NCBI GenBank assembly: GCA_950097015.1
Contig: CATNEN010000037.1
Span: forward strand, 4,216,001 to 4,280,000
DNA: 64,000 nt
Source of the DNA: Macrostomum hystrix
Lineage: Eukaryota; Animalia; Platyhelminthes
Direction of reading: 5' to 3'
The translations under genes and the position numbers were made by a program. This document shows, in pieces, positions 24,290-36,625 of this stretch (the first letter of the stretch is position 1; each line of letters begins with the position of its first letter). Under the pieces are notes generated by a model. It made no database searches, had not been told where the DNA came from, and saw only the letters and a list, made by a program, of their open reading frames with translations.

Positions 24290-25275
24290 TCCCCAATCTA
24301 CCCAGTCAACTCCCCAATCTACCCAGTCAACTCCCCAATCCACCCAGTCAACTCCCCAATCCACCCAGTCAACTCCCCAATCCACCCAGTAAACTCCCCA
24401 ATCCACCCAGTCAACTCCCCTATATACCCAGTCAACTCCCCAATCTACCCAGTCAACTCCCCAATCTACCCAGTCAACTTCCCAATCTACAAATGTCAAC
24501 TCCCCAATCTACCCAGTCAACTGTCCAATCTACCCAGTCAACTCCCCAATCTACCCAGTCAACTCCCCATTCAACCCAGTCAACTCCCCAATCTACCCAG
24601 TCAACTCCCCAATCTACCCAGTCAACTCCCCAATCTACCCAGTCAACTCCCCAATCTACCCAGTCAACTCCCCAATCTACCCAGTCAACTGTCCAATCTA
24701 CCCAGTCAACTGTCCAATCTACCCAGTCAACTCCCCAATCTACCCAGTCAACTCCCCAATCTACCCAGTCAACTCCCCAATCTACCCAGTCAACTCCCCA
24801 ATCTACCCAGTCAACTCCCTAACCTACCCAGTCAACTCCCCAATCTAACCAGTCAACTCTCCAATCTACCCAGTCAACTGTCCAATCTACCCAGTCAACT
24901 GTCCAATCTACCCAGTCAACTCCCCAATCTACCCAGTCAACTCCCTAACCTACCCAGTCAACTCCCCAATCTACCCAGTCAACTCCCCAATCTACCCAGT
25001 CAACTCCCCAATCTAACCAGTCAACTCCCCAATCTACCCAGTCAACTCCCCAATCTACCCAGTCAATTCCCTAACCTACCCAGTCAACTCCCCAATCTAC
25101 GCAGTCAACTCCCCAATCTACCCAGTCAACTCCCCAATCTACCCAGTCAACTCCCCAATCTACCCAGTCAACTCCCCAATCTAACCAGTCAACTCCCCAA
25201 TCTACCCAGTCAACTCCCCAATCTACCCAGTCAACTCCCAGTGAATCTACCCAGTCAACTCCCCAATCTACCCAG
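24290..25275. repeat. 21-bp minisatellite (CTACCCAGTCAACTCCCCAAT)n
   Basis: 21-nt period. Confidence 0.98.
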
Positions 25276-26121
25276 TGCGACTAGTGCGACTGGAAGCACC
25301 TGCACGCGCGTCTGCTTTTGGCGCTGTTGTCAGTATTTTTATTCTAAAAAAATTAAGCACTGGAGTTGTTGGTTCGACTCAATGGGGCATAAAAATTCGA
25401 TAAGTGGGTCCTTTGCAGACTCACTCCCCCCAACCAGGTGGGTCTCACACCTTTTTAGGGGTGGCATGCAAACACACTTGTCCTCTCTCCGCTCTCGTCA
25501 ACCGGCACTAGGAAATAGCTTTCTTCTAGCAGCGCAGCAGCAGCAGCAGCAGCAGCACACAAATACGAGATTGTGAAAGTCGCACGCAAGCACAATACAA
25601 TTCTGTCTAAACCCAAATGTTTACTAGCGCGCACCATAGTAATACTCAGTGTTTGATGAGACAGCTCGCACTGTTGTGAATGGGGACCTGGGACCACCCA
25701 TCGGTTATATTTCTTCTCCTTATCTTTCAATGTGGAATGCTTTCTATATACCTGGCTATGCTCAACCTGATGGAGAGTTTGGGGGAGGTGAGGCGGGGCG
25801 GATTGCACAGCTCCAAGGTGCAGTGAAAGCAGTCAAATACAAAAAAACCACTTTCATTGTTGCAGCAAGTGCACTGCCCCGACAGGTAATTCTGCAAGAA
25901 TAGAATTTTGAGAGACAATCTGCAGACTGGCCTCTATCAGCTGCTTTTGACTGTCAGTCAGGTGAGGTTAGCAATGCTTCCCACAGTTCGGCGGTTAGCG
26001 TGAGAAATTCTGCACTGTAAATTAAAGACAGAAATATCACTAACTGCATCATTGTGCGAGCTGAGCTGCATAACTGTTAGGGGCGCTTAGGCCCTAGCAT
26101 GGGCTCGACAACTGCGTGAGT

Positions 26122-27058
26122 CTACCACCTTCCATCTGAGTCTACCCCTTCCATCTGAGTCTACCCCTTCCATCTGAGTCTGTTCCCTTCCATCTGAGTC
26201 TAGCCCCTTCCATCTGAGTCTACCCCTTCCATCTGAGTCTACCCCTTCCATCTGAGTCTACCCCTTCCATCTGAGTCTACCCCTTCCATCTGAGTCTACC
26301 CCTTCCATCTGAGTCTACCCCTTCCATCTGAGTCTACCCCTTCCATCTGAGTCTACCCCTTCCATCTGAGTCTACCCCTTCCATCTGAGTCTACCCCTTC
26401 CATCTGAGTCTACCCCTTCCATCTGAGTCTGTTCCCTTCCATCTGAGTCTGTCCCCTTCCATCTGAGTCTGTCCCCTTCCATCTGAGTCTGTCCCCTTCC
26501 ATCTGAGTCTGTCCCCTTCCATCTGAGTCTAGCCCCTTCCATCTGAGTCTACCCCTTCCATCTGAGTCTAGCCCCTTCCATCTGAGTCTACCCCTTCCAT
26601 CTGAGTCTACCCCTTCCATCTGAGTCTACCCCTTCCATCTGAGTCTACCCCTTCCATCTGAGTCTACCCCTTCCATCTGAGTCTACCCCTTCCATCTGAG
26701 TCTACCCCTTCCATCTGAGTCTACCCCTTCCATCTGAGTCTACCCCTTCCATCTGAGTCTGTTCCCTTCCATCTGAGTCTGTCCCCTTCCATCTGAGTCT
26801 GTCCCCTTCCATCTGAGTCTAGCCCCTTCCATCTGAGTCTGTCCCCTTCCATCTGAGTCTGTCCCCTTCCATCTGAGTCTAGCCCCTTCCATCTGAGTCT
26901 ACCCCTTCCATCTGAGTCTGTCCCCTTCCATCTGAGTCTGTCCCCTTCCATCTGAGTCTAGCCCCTTCCATCTGAGTCTAGCCCCTTCCATCTGAGTCTA
27001 CCCCTTCCATCTGAGTCTAGCCCCTTCCATCTGAGTCTAGCCCCTTCCATCTGAGTCT
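26122..27058. repeat. 19/20-bp minisatellite (CCCCTTCCATCTGAGTCTA)n
   Basis: Mixed 19- and 20-nt units. Confidence 0.98.
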
Positions 27059-27604
27059 TCCAAACATATAAAGGCATTGTTCTTGATAAATAAAACTGGA
27101 AGGAATGTCTTTATGCAGAATCAGCTAGGCCCACAGACACTTGAGGACAAACCTTTCGTGAGCTGTGATGCAGTAGTGCTGATTCTCACGTGAGCAATGT
27201 GAGCGCAGGGCCCGATTTACACCTCCATAGTGACCGGACAAAGTTACGCAACCTTAATTGACCAGCTCCGCACAGTTTACTGAGTCTATGTGCAATACAA
27301 TTTGTTTTGCTAAGCCAAAATATTAGGTTTGAAAGTTGTTTGTTTCGAAAGCGCGGCCACTTGTCCCAGCTCAGAGGCGTGTTCTGTGTGTTTGCTCGCG
27401 AAATTTTATAAAAAATGTGAAACTTCGCAAACAGAAGGGCCTGCAGAAACTAATTGAGCTGCTGCGCAGATCACAGAGCTTTGTTGCTATGCAGCAGCTT
27501 TTACATAGTCTTTGTGAAGATGAGGGACGGAATGACAAAACTATGTTGAGTGGAGAAATCCTGAGCAGTTCTGCTAGGGACTTCACAGATGAGTGAAGTC
27601 AGAA

Positions 27605-28880
27605 TTTAGGAAGTCGTAGGGGTAGATCAGGAAGTCGTAGGGGTAGATTAGGAAGTCGTAGGGGTAGATCAGGAAGTCGTAGGGGTAGATTAGGAAGTCG
27701 TAGGGGTAGATCAGGAAGTCGTAGGGGTAGATCAGGAAGTCGTAGGGGTAGATTAGGAAGTCGTAGGGGTAGATCAGGAAGTCGTAGGGGTAGATCAGGA
27801 AGTCGTAGGGGTAGATTAGGAAGTCGTAGGGGTAGATTAGGAAGTCGTAGGGGTAGATCACCAAGTCGAAGGGGTAGATTAAGAAGTGGTAAGTATTGAT
27901 AAGGAAGTCGTTGGGGTAGATCACCAAGTCGAAGGGGTAGATTAGTAAGTCGTATAGGGGTAGATTAAGAAGTGGTAAGTATAGATAAGGAAGTCGTTGG
28001 GTAGATTAGGAAGTCGTAGGGGTAGATCAGGAAGTCGAAGGGGTAGATTAGTATGTCGTATAGGGGTAGATTAAGAAGTGATAAGTATAGATAAGGAAGT
28101 CGTTGGGGTAGATTAGAAAGTCGATGGATAGATTAGGAAGTCAATAGGTAGATTAGGTAGTCAGAGGTAGATTAGGTAGTCAATAGGTAGATTAGGTAGT
28201 CAATAGGTAGATTAGGTAGTCAATAGGTAGATTAGGTAGTCAATAGGTAGATTAGGTGGTCAATAGGTAGATTAGGTAGTCAATAGGTAGATTTGGTAGT
28301 CAAGGAAGGTAAGGATAGATTAGGTAGTCAATAGGTAGATTAGATAGTCATTAGGTAGATTAGGTAGTCAATAGGTAGATTTGGTAGTCAATAGGTAGAT
28401 TAGGTAGTCAATAGGTAGATTAGGTAGTCAATAGGTAGATTTGGTAGTCAAGGAAGGTAAGGATAGATTAGGTAGTCAATAGGTAGATTAGGTAGTCAAT
28501 AGGTAGATTTGGTAGTCAATAGGTAAAATGGTAGTCAAGGAATGTAAGGATAGATTAGGTAGTCAATAGGTAGATTAGATAGTCATTAGGTAGATTAGGT
28601 AGTCAATAGGTAGATTTGGTAGTCAATAGGTAGATTTGGTAGTCAAGGAAGGTAAGGATAGATTAGGTAGTCAATAGGTAGATTAGGTAGTCTGAGGTAG
28701 ATTAGGTAGTCAGAGGTAGATTAGGTAGTCAGAGGTAGATTAGGTAGTCAATAGGTAGATTAGGTAGTCAGAGGTAGATTAGGTAGTCAGAGGTAGATTA
28801 GGTAGTCAATAGTTAGATTAGGTAGTCAATAGGTAGATTAGGTAGTCAATAGTTAGATTAGGTAGTCAGAGGTAGATGAG
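27605..28880. repeat. Compound minisatellite (GTAGATTAGGAAGTCGTAGGG)n grading into (GTAGATTAGGTAGTCAATAG)n
   Basis: 21-nt units on the left, 20-nt units on the right, mixed zone ~27860-28150. Confidence 0.97.
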
Positions 28881-31234
28881 GAAGCCTTTTGTTTGATTGA
28901 AGTATGTTAAAAAATCAACAGTTAGTACTCTTATTCATAAGTGTTTTTGGAAAAAATCGCCTTAAAGCACTTCAGGGTTCACAACCTGATCTGAGCCATT
29001 CGATTAAGCAATTCAATATTCACAACATGTATTTTCCCTCTAGAGTCTAGACTGCCAGAATGCTTAAAACTGTTATTTTGCTTGAATCGGCATCAAACAG
29101 TCTAACAAAAAATGACATCAAAATTTGCATATTACTCGGCCAGGATCAGAAAAGGCAATTTATTTGAAAACAATTCAACTATTGATTCAATTGTGAAGTC
29201 GAGCATGCGTGCCTTTGAGAATGGGTGGCTAAAAGGTCTAGAATGGTATGTCTGTACTCACACTAATGGTGCTTCAGTTTGAAGGTGTTAAAAAGATGCT
29301 TCAGTGGGGGAAGTGTTGCGTGTGCAAGGTTAGAGAGAAAAGGGCCTATATGTGACAGCGGATGTGATGAATGCGGTGGGGATGTATTTTCGTTCAAATT
29401 GATTCTGCTCAAACAGGGCCTCCCAGACTCCGGTGTGGATTGATTTGGCTTTTTCGGCAGATCGCGTCAGTCCCGTTGAGGCCTGAGCAAACAACTGGGA
29501 TAAATGAGGACTCAAATCAAGGCGGCACTGCTCAATTTCAATTTCGAACTAAATCTCTTTCAATCCGACTAGAAGCAGCCAGTTTCAAGTCCCCATTGAA
29601 TCTAGAAGATCTGCAGCGGATATCGAAGGGCTTCGGGGTCCAGACGAGCTTCAAGATTATCCACGGGATCAATGATTGGCAGTCTACTCCAGATCTCTTG
29701 ATGCACTCAATCACCAAAGTCAGGCATGTCCAGTGTCAGTGCTGATGTCGTAAAGCAAATCCCTGCCCAGGACCTTGGATTGATTCTGAGCTGGGTTAGC
29801 AACTGGCAAAGGATGCAACCCTGTCATCCAGGTGACAGCGGCGGCGCTGACATTAAAGAGAATGTGCGAAAAATCTCACTTCCCACTGATGGGAAGCGGG
29901 GGTTTTGAGGACGCGGGGCTGTCTGCACAGCGGGAAACTTAAAATCAGAAGTCCCAATTGTGTGAGATAAGAGCCGCGGACAGTGATATCAAAGCTCATT
30001 CTGAACCGTGACGCAACAGAAAATGAAGGCATTTTTTTATTTCAAACTGACAAAAGATAATCAGATTGAGTCATAGATACAGGGCGGCTGAAGCGGCCAT
30101 TAACTGACTTCAAATCTTACAAGCCGCAGGCGAAACACCAACAAATTGAGCAGTAAAACGTGCAGTAAAGTCAGGGTGAAAGTGATCTCATTGCAGTCGA
30201 GATTAATCGAGCCTGGCGAAAGAAAATGAATAATAAAAGTGATGCGTGAGCGGCTGTGGGGTAGGTTGATTCACAGACAAAGTGTGGCGCTATGGATACA
30301 GATAAATGAGTAAAACATTAATAGCGGTTTTTAGAAATGCGTGAGACAGACCTGACAACAAGTTATGGAGAGTGCCGAAAAAAATAGGTGTGAAAGATGA
30401 ATAATTAGAGACTAGAAATGAGACACAAGAGTTGAAATGATCCGATCGCAGCTATAGGAATCGTTATTGTAGTTGCGGGCGAGCTTTATGGCCCAGGTTA
30501 ACTATAGACTCAACCCTTTAGCAGGGCCGCAGTGTGTGTTGAGCAGGCAGTGCTGCTATCATCACCCTATCCGTCGCTAAGTCACGCCCCGTGTTGAGTC
30601 ACAAAGTTTTCAATTTTTTCTCTACAGGATTTGTTAAAAGATTTATTCGATTTAGTAAAAACATTTGTGTTATAAAGAATGACCAATATGTTATCGAGAG
30701 ACCAAGTCCGCGGACTGGGCGTCCGTGCTTACTTTGATCTCAAGGAACTGTTATGTTTCTCTTTTATGCTTTGTCGTGTCACACTTGAAAATTTTTCAAC
30801 CACTTTTACTGATCATTGTAATGTGGACTTAAAAGGCACAGAGCTAACCGATGGCATTCAATGAACAAACAATCACTATTTGCTAATGTGTTCTTGTATA
30901 AAAATAGCTCTTAAGCTCGTGACTATGGTCAGGTTTAATTGCCTGCTCGTCTTTTGATTCCTTCATCACTTAAAGTAAGTCGAAAGTCAAACAAAGATGT
31001 TCTTTTCATCGTTTCAATTACAAATTTATAGAATATAACTTTATGAATCTGTTATCAACGTCATTATTTTTTACTATAGTTTTTAACAGTTAAAGCTTTT
31101 AGGTAAAATACAGGTAAAACAAGTTAAATCTCGTTATAACAATGTGTAAAAAGGCGTAACATTACTCGTTAACAGGTAGGTCCCGTCAGTGGCTGGTAAA
31201 TTCTTCCCGTTTACATGTAAATCATTGCTGATAA

Positions 31235-31878
31235 TAGGTAATTCCTTCCTATAAACAGGTAAACAATTCCCGTTAAGAGGTAAATCCTCTCATTTACAGG
31301 TAAATCCTCTCATTTACAGGTAAATCCTCTCATTTACAGGTAAATCCTCTCATTTACAGGCAAATCCTATCATTTACTTGTAAAGCCTCTCATTCACAGG
31401 TAAATTCTCTCATTTACAGGTAAATCCTCTCATTTACAGGCAAATCCTATCATTTACAGGTAAAGCCTCTCATTCACAGGTAAATTCTCTCATTTACAGG
31501 CAAACCAATCATTATCAGGTAAATCCCCTCATCGACAGGTAAATCCTCTCATTGACAGGTAAATCCCCTCATTAACAGGTAAATCCTTCCCGTTAGCAGG
31601 TGATTCCGTACTGTAAATACGGAATTCCTTCCCGTTTACAGTTAATTATTTCCGGTTTACAGGTAATTCCTTCCCATTTACAGGTAATTCCTTCCCGTTT
31701 ACAGGTAATTCCTTCCCCTTTACAGGTAATTCCTTCCCGTTTACAGGTAATTCCATCCCGTTTACAGGTAATTCCATCCCGTAAACACAAAATTCCTTCA
31801 CGTAAACACGTAATTCCTTCCCTTTAACATGAAATTCCTTTCCGCTAACAGGTAATTCCTTCCCGTTAACAGGTAAAT
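31235..31878. repeat. 20/21-bp minisatellite (TTTACAGGTAAATCCTCTCA)n grading into (TTTACAGGTAATTCCTTCCCG)n
   Basis: Periodic ACAGGTAA core. Confidence 0.95.
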
Positions 31879-32623
31879 GCTTTTCTTTCGGACTCACGAC
31901 TTTAAAGTCGGGGGTTCGAGTCTTGACTTTTTTGGAACAATTTGTATCCTTTGGCCAGACGTTGCTCTATATTGTTTCAGTTTACCAACCAGTTAAATGG
32001 GGCCATGGACTGATGGGTTCATGGGTTCATCACCCAGTAAAAATTATCCTTAGCAGGTTCAAAGCAGTTGTCCGTTACATTATCCACTGAGCGGTCTTTT
32101 GGAATATCCACTTTAGAATTCACTTAGTCAATTCAGTGTGACTACTTTTAGTAGCCAGTGAGGAAAATAAGAGGCAAAATAAAAATTACCCAAAATCTTA
32201 CAGAAAATAATGAAGATTTCACCATAGACAATTATTCAGTTAGAATGCAATAATGCTTGCAAAGTCATCAGCGTGCAACAATCCTCCTGTCTATGGCAGA
32301 GCCCCTCCCACTGTTGGCTAGTCAAAATATCAAAATATTAATGACCACTATAACTGTAAAAATACTGTTTATTCCCCCTATTTTCCGATTATAAATGGAA
32401 CTGACCTTGAAAAATTGCATGGTTGGCAAATGACACGAGGTACCGGCAATACGCATTCTTCGTAAATAATTTAGTCAAAAATTGCAAACGACTATTTAGC
32501 TTTTTGAGTTGCGGTGTGCCCACAGACACTGTGCTATATTTGGCTGTTGTAGCGAGTCACATGTGAGAGTTGGGCAAACGACAGCTCATTAGAGAAATAA
32601 GACAGTCAGGAGCGGTGAGCAGT

Positions 32624-33292
32624 TCAACTGTCGGGGGTCGGCACACCGTGGGTGTTGTGGGACTGGGGCTTCTTGCCCTCTCCGCGCTTCGGCTTGTAGA
32701 ACTTGGCGCTGGCGCACAGCTCGGGCAGCTCGAAGTACTTGTCCTTGGGGTCGTGGAAGCCGAAGAAGAACAGGATGCCTCCGGAGCACTTTCCGTTCTT
32801 GGTGTACTTCTTCTTGATGAGGATCGGCACGCACCTGTCATCGATGACGCCGCCCAGCTTGATAGACAGGTCGCCCTTGGTCTTGCGTCCGCAGTGCACG
32901 CTGATGGGCACCTTGCGGTGAGTGACGGTGGAGCGAGCCACCACGCGGTGGTTCGGCCACAGCTTCGGGCACAGGGTGAGGAAGTGCTTGGCGTGGCTCA
33001 CGGGGATCTTCACGCACTGGGCGTTGGCGGCGCTGGTGCCCCAGGCGTAGTAGCCGACTCCCTGCTCAAAGTCGAACAGGGTGTAGTGGTGTCCGGAGTA
33101 GTTCTTGGACTGGACCTTGAAGTAGGCGGCCACCTTCTTCTTCTCCTTGGATCCGGCAATGCCTCCCAGCAGCTTGAGGTAGGTGCCGTTGTGGTAGCCC
33201 AGACCGGCCACTCCGATGGCGCCCTCACGGGGCGGGTTCTCGCAGGCCAGCGCAGTGGCCAACAGGGCGGAGATCAGCAGCAGCAGCTTCAT
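32624..33292 (-). CDS. Ependymin-related secreted protein (EPDR-like), basic, intronless
   Basis: Signal peptide MKLLLLISALLATALA, then C-x-x-P, LFDFEQGVGYY...QCVK, RCVP and FHDPKDKYFELPELC match the ependymin Cys/Pro spacing; strong C/G third-position bias. Confidence 0.72.
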   Translation of the reverse strand: MKLLLLISALLATALACENPPREGAIGVAGLGYHNGTYLKLLGGIAGSKEKKKVAAYFKVQSKNYSGHHYTLFDFEQGVGYYAWGTSAANAQCVKIPVSHAKHFLTLCPKLWPNHRVVARSTVTHRKVPISVHCGRKTKGDLSIKLGGVIDDRCVPILIKKKYTKNGKCSGGILFFFGFHDPKDKYFELPELCASAKFYKPKRGEGKKPQSHNTHGVPTPDS

Positions 33293-34519
33293 CTTCTGGC
33301 AGGTTCGCTTTCTCGCTGTTATTTCTGTAGCAGACTGAGAGCTGTGAGTTCACTTGGTGGTTGGCTCCTCCGAGTGTCCGCTTTTATGCACCTGGCCTGT
33401 TTGACCAACTGCTCCGAGGCACACCAACTGCCAAACATTCGCTGTCCAGTTTTGTTTCCATGTGGCACCTGAGCTCACTGCCAGCTCAGCAGATCTCAGT
33501 CGCAACATGGCGACAGTTAACAGATTTTTTAGTGAATGAAGAAACTGCCTTGCATAGTTTGTCAGCTTAACATTGAGCATGGCAATGTTAACTTTCATGT
33601 GAGCTTTCGTTTGTTAAATATTGAGAACCAACCTGGCAACGCAGAATATTGATTAAATCAACATTTACAAAGTAGCTCTAATCGATTAAAAAAGTCGCAT
33701 GGCTGGTCACTGTTCTTATTCTATTAAACCTAAAGTTGATGTTAGCGGAATCGATGAAAAATATTCCTTTTGTTCAACCTTCTTTTAATCCGAAAATGAT
33801 TTGAGTTGTCTAAAAACGACATGTTTATGTTGAACAAAACCTTAGTAGCAGCTTTTTTATAAATAATATTGACTCCTCCAATTGGGAGTTGGTGGCTGTC
33901 GAAAAGAAAGCTGCACTTGAAATGCCAATTGTCAGTTGTTGGTTTATTGCATTCAGATCAGCAAACAGAAGCTGGTACTAGTAATCCTTATAGCGTTCTA
34001 TTTATAATCGCATAGGAATGAACAATGGACTCTTATCTCTAAGAGATATAGAATTAGTTCATATATGGGCGGTGGTTACAATTAAAAGTGCGAGAGCAAC
34101 GGATCTGGGCTTTCAGAGAATCATCAGGTAAGCATTGTTTAGTTTCCAAGCTTCTCCAGACACAAGAGAAGCCTCAATCAGTGCATTTGAGAGCAGATTA
34201 AACACTTAAATGTGCTGCCTGATGCTGCACTGAATCAGATCAAAACTGCTTGACTGCTTGATAAAGCGACGAAAAATGCTGCCAAATTTTTTATTCTGAG
34301 TTGAGAATCGGCGAAGTGAACGCGTTGTTTAATATGGAAACACAATGAAACAGAACGCCAAGCACTTTGTACATAGAATGCCAACAGTAAGACAGCTGCA
34401 GTGGTGGGGAGAACTTACCGATCTGGTCAAGGAGGTGCGGAAGGCTTAATAGCAACTCAGTGATGGTCAGTTGAACCAGCAGTGGTCCTCAGTCAGAAGC
34501 GGCCTCTCAAGGATTAAGG

Positions 34520-35205
34520 GGTTCTTGAATCAGAAGAGGTCCGTTGAAGGACCAGAGGTTCTTGAATCAGAAGAGGTCCGTTGAAGGACCAGAGGTTCTT
34601 GAATCAGAAGAGGTCCGTTGAAGGACCAGAGGTTCTTGAATCAGAAGAGGTCCGTTGAAGGACCAGAGGTTCTTGAATCAGAAGAGGTCCGTTGAAGGAC
34701 CAGAGGTTCTTGAATCAGAAGAGGTCCGTTGAAGGACCAGAGGTTCTTGAATCAGAAGAGGTCCGTTGAAGGACCAGAGGTTCTTGAATCAGAAGAGGTC
34801 CGTTGAAGGACCAGAGGTTCTTGAATCAGAAGAGGTCCGTTGAAGGACCAGAGGTTCTTGAAGCAGAAGAGGTCCGTTGAAGGACCAGAGGTTCTTGAAT
34901 CAGAAGAGGTCCGTTGAAGGACCAGAGGTTCTTGAATCAGAAGAGGTCCGTTGAAGGACCAGAGGTTCTTGAATCAGAAGAGGTCCGTTGAAGGACCAGA
35001 GGTTCTTGAATCAGAAGAGGTCCGTTGAAGGACCAGAGGTTCTTGAATCAGAAGAGGTCAGTAGAAGGACCAGAGGTTCTTGAATTAGAAGAGGTCCGTT
35101 GAAGGACCAGAGGTTCCTGAATCAGAAGAGGTCCGTTGAAGGACCAGAGGTTCTTGAATCAGTAGAGGTCCGTTGAAGGACCAGAGGTTCTTGAATCAGA
35201 AGAGG
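34520..35205. repeat. 37-bp tandem repeat (GAGGTTCTTGAATCAGAAGAGGTCCGTTGAAGGACCA)n, ~18 units
   Basis: Head-to-tail 37-nt units with no spacers. Confidence 0.98.
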
Positions 35206-36084
35206 TTTTTTGTTGGGCCAGGTTGTTTTGAATCCGAATGACCAGAATCTGCTGAACGACAACACTAAAGAACAGTATTTGCAAAAACTTCCATACCTCC
35301 TAGCCACCAGTTCGCTAGTTCAGTATGTTACAAGTGTTAATGTCGCATGCACGAATAATGATCTATAAAAATAATCTTTTACAAATATAATCAGCAAAGC
35401 AAAAGCAATCTAAAACAGCAGTTGCGCGTTAAACTTTATGCCGGTAATAGTCTAATTCAACACGCGGCGGGCTCATAGGGACTGAACACTGTCGCATTGG
35501 GCCTGATGGTCGCATGTGTCAGCCGGCTAGTCGATACCGACGATTGTGAATGATTACTACTCAAGGTGTGCGCCTTGGACCAGTATGGTGAGGTATTCGA
35601 CAAAACATGTTAAACGGACTCCAGACTGTCCGAAAGGCTGGCTGACAGGTTTGGCTGCTGGCGCTGCAGCTCGCGAATCATCTGAATTAGAGGGATGGTG
35701 CAGAAATATTTGTGCTTATTCTAGTTTGAAAAGTACCTTTTGTGACCAAAAAGTGTGACCCTTGAAAGGGCCGTTTTTTCAGTTATGTGTCGGTTGAAAA
35801 ATCGAAGTAAACTTATCGATTTTTGCTAGGTTCGAGCTGTAAAATATATTAAAAACCGAATTTCTTTAATAAAGTTTGAAAAGTGATAAAACGGCCTTTA
35901 AACGGTAGACCACGGGGTACTTAAAATGCCGACATTTTTTCTCCTGTATCTCCAAACATATTCAAACCAATCGCAATGAAAATTAACCAAGATATTCAAC
36001 TATTCTCGTCGGGGTGTCTGGTGGCAAATATACCACCAATATAGCTTCTCAAAACTGCACGCGTCGACAAACAGCGTAGCCAGA

Positions 36085-36247
36085 GTAGATCCAGATACAG
36101 AGTAGCCAGTATCGGCTGGAGCTTTGGATTTCTGACCGACAGGTCGGGAGTTTGAATCCCAGCAAGAGGGAAACGATTTGTGTCCGATCCGTTGAGCAAG
36201 ACAATTAAATATTGGTTCGGTTCACGCAGCTGTAAAATGGGTAATTG
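36085..36247 (+). mobile_element. 3'-truncated SINE family A copy
   Basis: tRNA-like head (GGGAGTTTGAATCCC B-box) then GTTGAGCAAGACAATTAA...GGTTCACGCAGCTGTAAAATGGGTA; ends where the family B copy begins. Confidence 0.65.
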
Positions 36248-36257
36248 ACAGAGCAGA

Positions 36258-36625
36258 GGGGTGAGTGGCAGAGCGGTCTAACGCGTTTGCCTCCGGCACC
36301 AATGTCCGTCAGCTCTATTCGGCAGCGAGGCCACATTCATTTGAGACGCAGCCGCGAAGAGAAGGCTTGGGGGCTTGTCATGCAATTTATGCCCTTGGGG
36401 GCCAACCTCCAAGGCACAGGGAGAGTGTACACTGCCTGACGATGAGAAAGTCAGGGCAGAGGTACAGACCTGTGTGAGCGTGTGCCTGCGTACAGTATCT
36501 GTGTGCGTGTGTGCTCAGGAGTCAGCGAAATGGGCAGAATTGCCCCTCGCTGGCTGCGGGTCTAGTGTCACTTACAGAAGTATCAGCTGTGTCCACAGCC
36601 CTCCTTCGATAATTATTCTTTTTCT
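36258..36625 (+). mobile_element. tRNA-derived SINE family B copy
   Basis: GGGTGAGTGGCAGAGCGGTCTAACGCG head; body colinear with the reverse complement of 11675-12034. Confidence 0.8.

Larger units (their letters stand above)
23250..30000 (+). pseudogene. Possible highly decayed Ty3/gypsy pol remnants interrupted by minisatellite arrays
   Basis: Fragments IVKVARKHNTILSKPKCLLARTIVIL (25570; like RT 'L.LnpeKC.f...v.fLG'), WNAFYIPGYAQP (25730; like 'y.rfIpnyA') and RISKGFGVQTSFKIIHGINDWQSTP (29615; like integrase 'SDnG.qF.S.eF...gI.h...P') occur in pol order. Similarity was judged by eye only. Confidence 0.35.

Noticed and set aside
31895-31935. tRNA-like GGGGTTCGAGTC + T-run (also B-box-like fragments at ~46120 and ~51795)
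   Set aside because: No acceptor stem or D-arm could be built; at most decayed SINE heads.
32570-33472. 300-aa + strand ORF (and similar long ORFs opposite snail, DHHC, NHL and CCDC146)
   Set aside because: Antisense shadows of GC3-biased real genes.
34520-35205. 37-bp repeats as a CRISPR array
   Set aside because: Units are head-to-tail with no unique spacers, there are no cas genes, and the context is eukaryotic. The same applies to the 30- and 32-bp arrays.
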